Positions 8,455 through 16,952 of a stretch of DNA of 64,000 nt are shown piece after piece. The position numbers and the translations under genes were made by a program. Each line of letters opens with the position of its first letter. Position 1 is the first letter of the stretch. A model generated the notes under the pieces. The model was not told the origin of the DNA, did no database searches, and saw only the letters and a list, made by a program, of their open reading frames with translations. This DNA comes from a bacterium (GTDB lineage: Bacteria > Desulfobacterota > Deferrisomatia > Deferrisomatales > BM512): contig SCTA01000040.1 in assembly GCA_004322275.1 (NCBI GenBank), positions 6,138 to 70,137 on the forward strand, given 5' to 3'.

Positions 8455-9485
8455 CGGGCGGCGCTTTCTTCCAGCGGCCAGGTCGGGACGGCGTTGAGGC
8501 CGAGGTCCGCCCTCACCCCGGCGAGGAACCGGAGTCTTCCGGCCGAGGCGACCATCACCGCGTTGTCGGTGCAGTAGCGAGGCCGGGGAATCATGACGTT
8601 CAGACCTTTTCTTTGGGCCTCGTCGAGAAGCTTTTGGCGAAGGCGCGAGTTGCACGCAACGCCGCCGCAGACGACGATATCGCTGACCCCGGTGTGTTTA
8701 GCGGCCCGGACGGTCTTCTTGACGAGTACGTCCACCACCGCGTCCTGGAAGGAGGCGCAGGTGTCGAAAAGCTCCTGCCCTTCGAGGCCTTTAAGATACT
8801 TTTCAACGTGGGTGCGGAGGGCCGTCTTCAACCCCGAAAAGGAGAAGTCGAAGCCGCCTTTGTTCAGGAGCGGTCTCGGGAAATTGAAGCGCTTCGGGTC
8901 GCCCTTTTTGGCGAGATTGTCCACCACGACGCCGCCCGGATAGCCAAGCCCCAGTATCTTGGCTACCTTGTCGAAGGCCTCGCCCGCCGCGTCGTCCAGG
9001 GTCTGCCCTATCAACACGTACTTCCCCCCGCCGAGCGAGTGGTAGAGCGAGGTGTGACCGCCTGAGACCACGAGGCCGATGAAGGGCTTGTCGCCCCTGC
9101 CGCGCCAGCAATCCTCGACGAAAACCCCCGCGATGTGGGCCTCCAGGTGGTTTACGGGAACGAGGGGAATATCCGTCGCGAAGGAAAGGGCTTTCGCGAA
9201 ACTCACGCCGACCAGAAGCGCCCCCACTAGGCCGGGCCCCTGGGTTACGGCGATCGCCGAGAGCTCTTCGAGCGAAACCCCGGCCTTCAGAAGGGCTTCC
9301 GTCACTACGGGGATTATCGCCTCGGTGTGAGCCCTGCAAGCCAACTCGGGGACAACGCCGCCGTACCTGGCGTGTATCTCGTTCTGGCTCGCTACGACGT
9401 CCGAAAGCACCCCGCTCTCGCCGCGAAGGACCGCCGCGGCGGTCTCGTCGCAGGAGGATTCGATTGCCAGGATAAGGGTTTCCAA
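8451..9485 (-). CDS. tsaD: tRNA N6-adenosine threonylcarbamoyltransferase
   Basis: ILAIESSCDETAAAV, NHLEAHI and GGVACN motifs of the Kae1/TsaD family. The first codon at 9485 is TTG. Confidence 0.93.
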   Translation of the reverse strand: METLILAIESSCDETAAAVLRGESGVLSDVVASQNEIHARYGGVVPELACRAHTEAIIPVVTEALLKAGVSLEELSAIAVTQGPGLVGALLVGVSFAKALSFATDIPLVPVNHLEAHIAGVFVEDCWRGRGDKPFIGLVVSGGHTSLYHSLGGGKYVLIGQTLDDAAGEAFDKVAKILGLGYPGGVVVDNLAKKGDPKRFNFPRPLLNKGGFDFSFSGLKTALRTHVEKYLKGLEGQELFDTCASFQDAVVDVLVKKTVRAAKHTGVSDIVVCGGVACNSRLRQKLLDEAQRKGLNVMIPRPRYCTDNAVMVASAGRLRFLAGVRADLGLNAVPTWPLEESAAR

Positions 9486-9521
9486 ACTTAAAACATTCCT
9501 TTATTCTTACTCGTTAACGCA

Positions 9522-9665
9522 GCTGAAGGCTGCAGAAAAACGTCGTGAGAAGCCCCGGTTACAAGGAGACGCGCAGCGAGAAGCGAGACATAACAGGGTG
9601 TTAGGCGAGCGCCGAGCGAGCACGCGACGCCGTAAACGGGGCTCGCAACAGTTTTTCTCAGCCTT
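9522..9665 (-). repeat. ~145-bp intergenic repeat element, copy 1 (subfamily A)
   Basis: Its reverse complement aligns with 41703-41848. The left arm (~50 nt, including GAAAAACTGTTGCGAGCCCCG and CGTCGCGTGCTCGCTC) and right arm (~65 nt, CTCGCTTCTCGCTGCGCGTCTCCTTG.AACCGGGGCTTCTC.CGACGTTTTTC) are nearly identical, while a ~26-nt centre differs. The termini are imperfect inverted repeats (GAAAAAC...GTTTTTC, CCCCG...CGGGG). Confidence 0.85.
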
Positions 9666-10985
9666 CTAAAGCAGTTCAGCCGCAAGTTCCGCAAGGTCCG
9701 AACGCTCTCCCTTGGTAAGGGTGACATGCGCGGAAGCGGTTTGCCCCTTGAACCTCTCGACGAGGAAACTCAGCCCATTACTGGTCGAATCGATGTAGGG
9801 GTTGTCGATCTGGTAGGGGTCGCCGGTGAGAACGATTTTCGTCCCCTCGCCCGCGCGGGTGATTATCGTCTTCACCTCGTGGGGGGTAAGGTTTTGCGCC
9901 TCGTCTACGATTATGTACTGGAAGGGGATGGAGCGGCCCCTGATGTAGGTCAGCGGCTCCAGCGCCATCATGTCCATCTCGATGAGTTCCTCGTAGCCCC
10001 TGCGCTTCTTGCCGTCGCGCCCCTCGACGCCCGCGAAGAGAAACTCCACGTTGTCGAAGATAGGCTGCATCCAGGGGCGTAGCTTCTCCTGCACATCGCC
10101 GGGGAGAAAGCCGATGTCTCTTCCCATCGGAAAGATCGGCCTGCTCACCAGCAGGCGCTTGTAGACCTGTTCTTCGACGGTCTTCTGAAGTCCCGCCGCA
10201 ATCGCCAGAAGGGTTTTTCCGGTTCCCGCCCTGCCCACCAGCGTCACGAGGTGGAGGTCGGGGTTCAAAAGGGCGTCGAGGGCGTATCTTTGCTCGCGGT
10301 TCTTCGGGTGAAGGCCCCAAATCTCTTTCGGGAGGCGCAGCGCGACCACCTCGCCGTTCTTTACGTGGCGTCCGAGGGCGGTATGGTTGGGGTCGGTCTC
10401 GTCGATTATGCTGACAAACTGATTCGGGTAAAGCCCTTCCCCCGCCCTGAGCTGAAGCCTGCCGTCCTTGAAGAAGGAATCCACGTCGGCCTTCGGCGCG
10501 TAAACGCTCTCGGTGCCGGTGTAGAGATCTTCGATGTTTGCGACCTTGCCGCGCTCGTAATCCTGGGCGTTCAGGCCGAGGGCGTTCGCCTTTATGCGAA
10601 GATTGGTATCCTTGGTGACGAAGACGACGGGCAGGCTCTCGTCCCGCATGAGGGCGAGGCAGACGGCCAGAATCCTGTTGTCCGCCTTTTCGCTGATGAG
10701 TTCCTTCGGCAGCAAGCTTACGGCGTCCGCGCCGAAGCTGACGCGCACGATGCCCTCGGCTGTTCCCAGACTCACCCCCTTGCGGAGGTCGCCGGTCTCC
10801 CGGAGCTTGTCGAGATAACGCGAAATTTGGCGGGCGTTTCTGCCCGTCTCGTCTACGTTTTTCTTGAACCTGTCTATTTCCTCTATTACCGAGATCGGGA
10901 TGTTGACGTTGTTTTCCTCGAAGGCGTGAATGGCTTCCGGGTCGTGGAGGAGGACGTTGGTGTCGAGGACGAAATTCTTGATCAT
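9666..10985 (-). CDS. PIN-domain / PhoH-like ATPase fusion (YlaK-type)
   Basis: N-terminal PIN (FVLDTNVLLHDP), Walker A GRAGTGKT, Walker B IIVDEAQN, and a PhoH-type C-terminus. Confidence 0.9.
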   Translation of the reverse strand: MIKNFVLDTNVLLHDPEAIHAFEENNVNIPISVIEEIDRFKKNVDETGRNARQISRYLDKLRETGDLRKGVSLGTAEGIVRVSFGADAVSLLPKELISEKADNRILAVCLALMRDESLPVVFVTKDTNLRIKANALGLNAQDYERGKVANIEDLYTGTESVYAPKADVDSFFKDGRLQLRAGEGLYPNQFVSIIDETDPNHTALGRHVKNGEVVALRLPKEIWGLHPKNREQRYALDALLNPDLHLVTLVGRAGTGKTLLAIAAGLQKTVEEQVYKRLLVSRPIFPMGRDIGFLPGDVQEKLRPWMQPIFDNVEFLFAGVEGRDGKKRRGYEELIEMDMMALEPLTYIRGRSIPFQYIIVDEAQNLTPHEVKTIITRAGEGTKIVLTGDPYQIDNPYIDSTSNGLSFLVERFKGQTASAHVTLTKGERSDLAELAAELL

Positions 10986-11009
10986 TCATCCCTTTCTTAG
11001 TCAGGAGGT

Positions 11010-12152
11010 TCACTTCAGGTTTGAGAGTTTTATGAGTGCGTCGCAGAGCGCGTCGGCGTCGGCGATGGTGTTGAAGGGGCCGAAACTGGCGCGCACGGCC
11101 CCGCCGGGGAAGGTCCCTATGGTCTTGTGGGCGTCCGGGGCGCAGTGAAGGCCGACCCTCACCGCAATTGAAAACACTTCGTCGAGCGCGTACCCGAGGT
11201 GCGCGCCGTCAACGCCTTCGAGGTTGAAAGAGACCACGGCGACCCTTTTTTCAGGGTCTTTCGGGCCGTATTCCCAAAGCCCCTTGATCTCTTTGAATCT
11301 TGCGAGGAGGTGGGAAAGTATCTCCAGCTCCCCCTTCCGGATATTCTCCACCCCCTTTTCGAGGAGCCAGGAGATTCCCGCTCCGAGACCGGCAATTCCG
11401 GGGGTGTTCATCGTCCCTGCCTCCAGCCTCTCGGGGAAGACCTCCGGCATCTGCCGGGATTCGCTGGCGAAGCCGGTGCCGCCCTCCATGAGAGGGGCGA
11501 GGTCTATCGAGGGGGAGACGTAGAGAATGCCGGTGCCCTGCGGTCCCAGAAGCCCCTTGTGGCCCGGCGCGGTCAGCATGGATACCCCGTCGCGCACCAC
11601 GTCTACCGGCACAACTCCGGCGGTCTGAGAAGCGTCGAGAAGGAGCGCGACCCCCCTTGTTTTGCAGATTTCGCCGACTCTTTTGAGGTCCAGCAGAGCG
11701 CCGGTGACGTTGGAGCCGTGGGTAAGGGCGACGAGGCGGGTTTGAGGCTTTATAGCCCTTTCGACCGCTTCGGGCTCGATAATGCCGGTCTTATCCGCCG
11801 TTACCGTGGAAACCTCAACGCCGGACTGCCGGAGGGCGTGGAGCGGGCGAAGGATGCTGTTGTGCTCCATTGAGGAGGTGACGACGTGGTCACCCGGTTT
11901 GAGGGAAAACCCCTTCAGAGCGATGTTTATAGCGTGGGTCGCGTTGGAGGTGAAGATTATGCGCGAGGAATCGCCCGCGCCGAGGAGCTTTGCCGCCAGT
12001 TCTCTCGTTTCGTGGATTATCCGCGCCGCGCTGAGGGCGCTTCCGTGACCCGAGCGGCCCGGATTCGCGCCGAGGCGCAGCGCTTCGTCGGCGGCTCTGT
12101 AGACAGCCTCGGGCTTGGGGTGTGAACTTGCGGCGTTATCCAGATAGATCAT
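11010..12152 (-). CDS. Class V aminotransferase / cysteine desulfurase family protein
   Basis: MIYLDNAASSHPKP start, THGSNVTG, and a PLP-lysine region (APGHKGLLGPQG) typical of the NifS/CsdA-like fold. Confidence 0.85.
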   Translation of the reverse strand: MIYLDNAASSHPKPEAVYRAADEALRLGANPGRSGHGSALSAARIIHETRELAAKLLGAGDSSRIIFTSNATHAINIALKGFSLKPGDHVVTSSMEHNSILRPLHALRQSGVEVSTVTADKTGIIEPEAVERAIKPQTRLVALTHGSNVTGALLDLKRVGEICKTRGVALLLDASQTAGVVPVDVVRDGVSMLTAPGHKGLLGPQGTGILYVSPSIDLAPLMEGGTGFASESRQMPEVFPERLEAGTMNTPGIAGLGAGISWLLEKGVENIRKGELEILSHLLARFKEIKGLWEYGPKDPEKRVAVVSFNLEGVDGAHLGYALDEVFSIAVRVGLHCAPDAHKTIGTFPGGAVRASFGPFNTIADADALCDALIKLSNLK

Positions 12153-12153
12153 T

Positions 12154-13005
12154 TCAGTTCCTCGGTCCCTTGCAGGACCCGTCCCGCCTGCCGTCGCCGG
12201 GAGCCAGGCCGGGGCACCCTCCCCGGCATAGCGAGGCCAGAGAGCAGGGCGAGCACTCCCCGGGCAGCCTTGAAAGCTCTTCCCGGATTCTAGCTCTTTC
12301 TTCGGATTTCCATAACTCTTTCATGGAGTGCTCCAGAAGATTCCCCAGTTCCAGAGGGAGCGTCCGGCAGACGAGGAGATTCCCCTTCACATCGACGTGC
12401 GCCAGAGTCTGGCCCCCGGCGCAGCCGGGGTAGCCTGAAAAGGGATTTTGCCCCATCTCCTCGGAAAGGAAGAGATCGTGAATTTTCAGCGGAATATGTC
12501 CGGGTCTTCCTCTGCTTTCCCAAATCCTTACAACCTTTTCGATTGTCTCCCCGGAAAGAGGGGCCGCGGGCCGGCAGGGATTCAGCACGCTAAGCCCCCC
12601 GCCCTCCATCGCAAATCCCAGCGCCTTTTCAAAATCCGAAAGCCCCTCGTCCGTTGACCACAGCCCCCAGGAAAATTCCCTCGCCTTTTTGACCGTCTCC
12701 TCGAATTCGCCCCTCTCGGGATAGGGCGGGAGCAAGGTCAGGGAGACGTTCCCTATCCAGTCGTCCCCGCACTCCCGAAGCACCCTAAGAATCGTCGGCC
12801 AATCCGCCGCGAGACCGAAACGGACACGGCGAAGGGTCAGAAGTTCCCGGTGGAAACCGCAAAATCCGGGTACCGCCGGAAAATCCAGATGCGCTTCGAT
12901 AAAGAGAGGCTTTCCATCGACGATTTTTCCCCATAGGGCTCTCGCCGTCTGGATATCGGCGGGGATATCCCAGGTGACTCGCAGGGGGGAGGTAAGTTCA
13001 GGCAT
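12154..13005 (-). CDS. SPASM-domain protein lacking the radical SAM CX3CX2C motif
   Basis: The C-terminus GCAGGQTLAHVDVKGNLLVCRT...GECSPCSLASLCRGGCPG matches the SPASM/auxiliary Fe-S pattern. No CX3CX2C occurs in the N-terminal 180 aa. Confidence 0.6.
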   Translation of the reverse strand: MPELTSPLRVTWDIPADIQTARALWGKIVDGKPLFIEAHLDFPAVPGFCGFHRELLTLRRVRFGLAADWPTILRVLRECGDDWIGNVSLTLLPPYPERGEFEETVKKAREFSWGLWSTDEGLSDFEKALGFAMEGGGLSVLNPCRPAAPLSGETIEKVVRIWESRGRPGHIPLKIHDLFLSEEMGQNPFSGYPGCAGGQTLAHVDVKGNLLVCRTLPLELGNLLEHSMKELWKSEERARIREELSRLPGECSPCSLASLCRGGCPGLAPGDGRRDGSCKGPRN

Positions 13006-13411
13006 CGTATTTCGGAAGAGCCACCTTGAAAAACTCTATGCCTTCGTCGGTGAGCGCTTCTTCCTCGGCGGGGGTGGTGATGCCCCTTATTGATCTGGCC
13101 GGGGCCTCGTCGTTTTTCATCTTTTTGGCCTCTTCGGCGAAACTTTCGCCCACGTACTCGAAGTTTTTCTCGACGAAATCGCCGAGGGCGCGGTAATAAG
13201 AGAGCGCCTCGACCTTCGACTGTAGGTTTTGTGGAAGATGGTTCTTCTGCACGTGAACCGCTGCCTTGCTGGGAAGCTTTCTGATTTTCACCGACTCGCA
13301 AAGCGGGCAGGCGATGGCCGAGGAGGAGAGCTGTCCGTCGAAATCCTCGCGGTTTTTAAACCAGCCCTCGAATCTGTGGCCGTTATCGCATTCAAGATCG
13401 AAAGTAATCAT
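12998..13411 (-). CDS. DUF1178-type zinc-ribbon protein
   Basis: MITFDLECDNGHRFEGWF...CPLCES resembles the conserved DUF1178 N-terminus. It overlaps the downstream gene by 8 nt. Confidence 0.7.
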   Translation of the reverse strand: MITFDLECDNGHRFEGWFKNREDFDGQLSSSAIACPLCESVKIRKLPSKAAVHVQKNHLPQNLQSKVEALSYYRALGDFVEKNFEYVGESFAEEAKKMKNDEAPARSIRGITTPAEEEALTDEGIEFFKVALPKYDA

Positions 13412-14593
13412 TTACGCTCCGGCGCGTCCCAGGTTGTCAACGTAGATCTTAAGCCTGTCCATGCCTTCTTTTATATTGGCGATGGAGTTGGCGTAGGTGA
13501 ATCTTATATACCCCTCGCCGCCGCTTCCGAAATCTATTCCCGGCGTGCAGCCGACACCGGCGTGTTCGAGGATGTCGAAGGCCAGCCTGTAGGAATCGGG
13601 GCTCAGGTGGCGGGCATTTACGAATACGTAGAATGCTCCCGTAGGGTGACAGCGGAAAGTAAACCCCATCTCCTCAAGCCTTTTTATCATGTACGTGCGC
13701 CGGGACCCATAAGTTTTAACCATCTCGCTCACGTATTCCGAGGTTTCAAAGAGGGCCGTTATTCCCGCCCTCTGGACGAAGGAGTTTGCGCAGATGTAAA
13801 AATTCTGCGCCATCTTCTGGATCGGTCTCACGAACTCGGGAGGCGCTATCATAAACCCCAGCCGCCATCCCGTCATAGCGTAGAGCTTGGAAAAGCCGTT
13901 TATCACGAAGGCGCGGTCGGTAAATTCCAGAATAGTGTGCTCCCGTTCCCCCTCGTAGACGAGGCCGTGGTAAATTTCATCGCTGACGACGTAGCTCCCC
14001 GCGGATTCGGAAATTTTCGCTACCTCGGAAAGCCTCTCCCCGCTGATGAGGGTGCCCGTGGGGTTCGCCGGAGAGTTTATCAGAATCGCCTTCGTCCGGT
14101 CCGTCACGTAGGGCAGCATCTCCTCGGGCACGAACTGGAAGGATTCCTCCTCCCGGACGGGCACGTAGACCGGCTTGCCGCCCGCGAATTCTATCATCGG
14201 CGGATAGGAGGCATAGTGGGGATTGGAGAGGACGACCTCCTGTCCGGGGTCGATGAGCGCCGCGAAGGTCATGTAGAGCGCCGGAGAGGAGCCGGAGGTT
14301 ATAATCACCCTCTCGGGGTCCACGTCTACGCCGTATCTGGCGCGGTAGTGGACGCTTATGGCGGCCCGAAGCTCGTGAATGCCGAGACTGTGGGTGTAGT
14401 GGGTCTGTCCGCTCTCCAGAGCTTCGGCCAGAGCCCTTCGCACCGGCTCCGGGGTGTCGAAATCGGGTTCCCCCACCTCCAGGTGGACGATATGCCTCCC
14501 CGCCCGCTCAAGCGCGTTGGCCGCCTCCAGAACGTCCATCGCGATAAAGCTCGGCATCTTTCTGGTTCTTTCCGAGACGGGGTCGTTTAGCAT
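13412..14593 (-). CDS. Class I/II PLP-dependent aminotransferase (aspartate/aromatic type)
   Basis: The NPANPTG motif and PLP-lysine motif GFSKLYAMTGWRLG are present. Confidence 0.9.
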   Translation of the reverse strand: MLNDPVSERTRKMPSFIAMDVLEAANALERAGRHIVHLEVGEPDFDTPEPVRRALAEALESGQTHYTHSLGIHELRAAISVHYRARYGVDVDPERVIITSGSSPALYMTFAALIDPGQEVVLSNPHYASYPPMIEFAGGKPVYVPVREEESFQFVPEEMLPYVTDRTKAILINSPANPTGTLISGERLSEVAKISESAGSYVVSDEIYHGLVYEGEREHTILEFTDRAFVINGFSKLYAMTGWRLGFMIAPPEFVRPIQKMAQNFYICANSFVQRAGITALFETSEYVSEMVKTYGSRRTYMIKRLEEMGFTFRCHPTGAFYVFVNARHLSPDSYRLAFDILEHAGVGCTPGIDFGSGGEGYIRFTYANSIANIKEGMDRLKIYVDNLGRAGA

Positions 14594-14782
14594 ATTCCCT
14601 CCGGACTCTCACAGGCTGTATGATATTCATTCTCGCGTAAGGCTTCGACGGACAAGCCGCCGAGGACGCGAAAGGTTTTCTTCACCTCAGGCAAACTACG
14701 GTCTTGAAGCAGGCAGCCTCACAAATGGATAGTAACAACAGCAGCGCCCTCACGGCAAGAAAAGGACTATAGTTCCGGCACA

Positions 14783-15664
14783 ATGGAAGAGCGCCAGGAA
14801 ATTTTTTCACTTTACGCGGCTTTTGCCGCCTCTCTAGTGCTTCACGGGGCGATTATCGCGCTTGGCGTGGGTACCTTCACCCCTCAAAAAAAGGCCGATT
14901 CCCTCATCTTCACCGTCTCGATGGTGGATACCATGTCGGGGAGCGATTCCGGGAGCGCGCCTCTGCCTCCCGTCCCTATTCCCTCTCCTCCCCGTCCGGC
15001 CGCCCCGGTTGCAAGCGAGAAAGCGGCCGCCCCCTCAATGGAAGCTCAAAAACCCGCTGAAGCGGGCGGCGGCGGGGAAGGCGGAACAAGTCCTTCAGTC
15101 GAGGCGTCCCCTCCCGTCCAGGTTCCGGCCGCAATAGAAACTCCCCACTCGAAATCCGATGCGGCAACGGTGATAATCCCCCTTCCGGCGCAAGGAAAGG
15201 GAACGGCTTCGGGAAACGGAGCGCCCTCCCCCGCCGCGAAATCCGAAAAATCGGTGAAATTAAGGGAATTCAAGCCCTCGAAAGAGGATTTTATAACCCT
15301 CGCGCCGATGTCAACGGCCCCCCCCGACCCCGTAAAAGAAAAGGGAGAGGTGACCCTTAGCCTCGGGGATCCGGATCTTCGCTACAGGGGGTATCTCGAC
15401 AGGGTCCGCTCCTCGGTTGACAGGAGCTGGAACTGGCGGGAGGCGATTCTCGCGGCGGGAAGGCCCGGAAGCGTCACCGTGAGGGTAACCATCACGCGCA
15501 GCGGTCAGGCCGACGCCGTCCTCGTCACGAGCTCGGGCTCGAAGATCCTCGACAACGAGACCATAGCCACCGTAAGGCGGGCGCAGCTTCCCGATTTCCC
15601 TGAGGAGTGGGCGATTACGAAGCTTAACCTTATTGCGGAGTTTCAATACACCTACGGAGATTAG
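14783..15664 (+). CDS. TonB-family energy transducer
   Basis: It has an N-terminal TM anchor, a Pro-rich spacer (PLPPVPIPSPPRPAAP), and a C-terminal TonB fold segment (GSVTVRVTITRSGQADAVLVTSSGSKILDNETI). Confidence 0.75.
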   Translation: MEERQEIFSLYAAFAASLVLHGAIIALGVGTFTPQKKADSLIFTVSMVDTMSGSDSGSAPLPPVPIPSPPRPAAPVASEKAAAPSMEAQKPAEAGGGGEGGTSPSVEASPPVQVPAAIETPHSKSDAATVIIPLPAQGKGTASGNGAPSPAAKSEKSVKLREFKPSKEDFITLAPMSTAPPDPVKEKGEVTLSLGDPDLRYRGYLDRVRSSVDRSWNWREAILAAGRPGSVTVRVTITRSGQADAVLVTSSGSKILDNETIATVRRAQLPDFPEEWAITKLNLIAEFQYTYGD

Positions 15665-16452
15665 GCGGGGATGTTTTTCGCCCAGACCAGCCTGTCGGCT
15701 CCGGCGGTTTCGGCGCACTTCTGGGCGTGGGCTTCACCGCTGAGGAAGAAGAGAGCGTTCCCGGAGGAATAGAGGGGTTCCGGCCTCTGGAGGTTGGTCA
15801 CCGTAGCCGGGGGGTATTTTCTGCAGACCCGCCCGCAGCCGAGAGGGTCTTTAAGGATGTTTTCGCTGTAGGGACAGGCCAGCGCCACCGTCGCCGGAAA
15901 GTACGGAGCGCAGATCGAGACCTTCGCCCCCTCCGGCAGGGACGGCCTGTGAACCCCCTGAAAAACCGGGTCCAGCTCGAACCTCGTAACCCCCAGCTTC
16001 ACGGCGAGTTTCACCGAATCCTCGTCGTCCCAAAGGCTCCCGGAGATGCCCCGCGCCTCCTCCTCGCTCGCCCCCAAAAGCATGTCGAGGCAGCGCGAAT
16101 CCCTCCGCTGGCGCGAAAGGAGCCTCCCCGCCGTCACAGGGTTCGCAGTTCCCCTGCCGCTTGCGAAATGAAGCACCCCCCAGTCGTTCGCGACCCATTC
16201 CTCCCCCTTCACGAGAAGTTCCGTGAGCCACGAGGTCACGAGGGGAAAGTGCGCCTGGCGCGCGAGGGGCGTCACCAGGGAAAAAGAAAGTCCCCTTCCG
16301 GCGCAGAGGATGCGGGCTTTCTTGACCTCCTCGCCCGAGGGGAGTTTCATCGGGCAAAACTCCGCGCCGAAGTTGACGCCCGAATAACCGGGCTCGTCGA
16401 GCGCCGCGAGTTCTCCAAGGGACGAGGCGAGCAGGAATCTGGCCGTTTTCAA
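15661..16452 (-). CDS. Hypothetical protein with C-terminal Cys cluster, translationally coupled to mobB
   Basis: 263 aa with no family recognised. The C-terminal spacing is C-x11-C-x12-C-x3-C (SICAPYF...ACPYS...GCGRVC). The TTG start at 16452 overlaps the mobB TGA. Confidence 0.5.
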   Translation of the reverse strand: MKTARFLLASSLGELAALDEPGYSGVNFGAEFCPMKLPSGEEVKKARILCAGRGLSFSLVTPLARQAHFPLVTSWLTELLVKGEEWVANDWGVLHFASGRGTANPVTAGRLLSRQRRDSRCLDMLLGASEEEARGISGSLWDDEDSVKLAVKLGVTRFELDPVFQGVHRPSLPEGAKVSICAPYFPATVALACPYSENILKDPLGCGRVCRKYPPATVTNLQRPEPLYSSGNALFFLSGEAHAQKCAETAGADRLVWAKNIPA

Positions 16453-16952
16453 GGCTCCAGAACCTTTTTAACTATCAGGTCCGCGATGGCTTTCGCGTCG
16501 TCGCGGTGGAGGACCGTCACACCTTCGATTCGCGCGGCTGCGTCCTCGACGGCGATACAGATTGTTCCCTCCGCCAGCATGGGGGTTTCCCCCGCCCGCA
16601 GCACCTCCACTCTCGGGTAGCCGCTCTCCCCCTTCCACCCTTCGACCAGTAAAAGAGCCGTCCCCTCGGGACAGAGACCGGCGAGAAAATCCGGTGTGAC
16701 GCCTTCGGCCGGGCTATCCCTGAAGATGACCAGCTCGTCGCCGTTGGCGAAAAAGGTAGCCACTGCGCCCGCGCGCCTGTGGCGCCAGGTATCCTTGCCG
16801 GGGGTGTCGACCTCTACCTTTTTCCGGCGGTGCTTGGCTGTGGCGGCGGCGATGCCTTTTTCCTTGAGGTAACAGAGGAGCTTTTCGACGAGGGTTGTCT
16901 TTCCGCTGCCGGAAAAACCCGAGATGAGGCAAATGGCGGGTTTTTTTACCAT
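16449..16952 (-). CDS. mobB: Molybdopterin-guanine dinucleotide biosynthesis adapter protein
   Basis: MVKKPAICLISGFSGSGKTTLVEKL P-loop and MobB-like length. The track ORF is trimmed to the ATG at 16952, which overlaps the moeA end by 7 nt. Confidence 0.85.
   Translation of the reverse strand: MVKKPAICLISGFSGSGKTTLVEKLLCYLKEKGIAAATAKHRRKKVEVDTPGKDTWRHRRAGAVATFFANGDELVIFRDSPAEGVTPDFLAGLCPEGTALLLVEGWKGESGYPRVEVLRAGETPMLAEGTICIAVEDAAARIEGVTVLHRDDAKAIADLIVKKVLEP

Noticed and set aside
7636-8655. Several track ORFs carry long N-terminal extensions: rsmA 339 aa, moeA 513 aa, mobB 231 aa, NAPRTase 434 aa, radical SAM 658 aa, cytochrome 451 aa, FG-GAP 485 aa, MoxR 317 aa.
   Set aside because: The extensions are low-complexity and overlap the preceding gene. 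Internal ATG/GTG codons coincide with the conserved protein N-termini, Shine-Dalgarno sequences or ATGA-type stop/start overlaps, so the genes were trimmed.
9666-10985. I considered whether the PIN-PhoH protein is a toxin of a toxin-antitoxin or defence module.
   Set aside because: There is no small antitoxin-like ORF adjacent. The PIN-PhoH (YlaK-type) fusion is a widespread conserved protein, and it sits inside a long housekeeping gene train.
14594-14782. I considered whether the divergent spacer between the aminotransferase and TonB genes holds another copy of the repeat family (hairpin CGCGTAAGGCTTCGACGGACAAGCCGCCGAGGACGCG).
   Set aside because: It shares only short GC-rich words (GGCTTCG, CCTCGGCGG) with the other copies, and I could not build a convincing ordered alignment by eye. 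I leave it as a local hairpin only.
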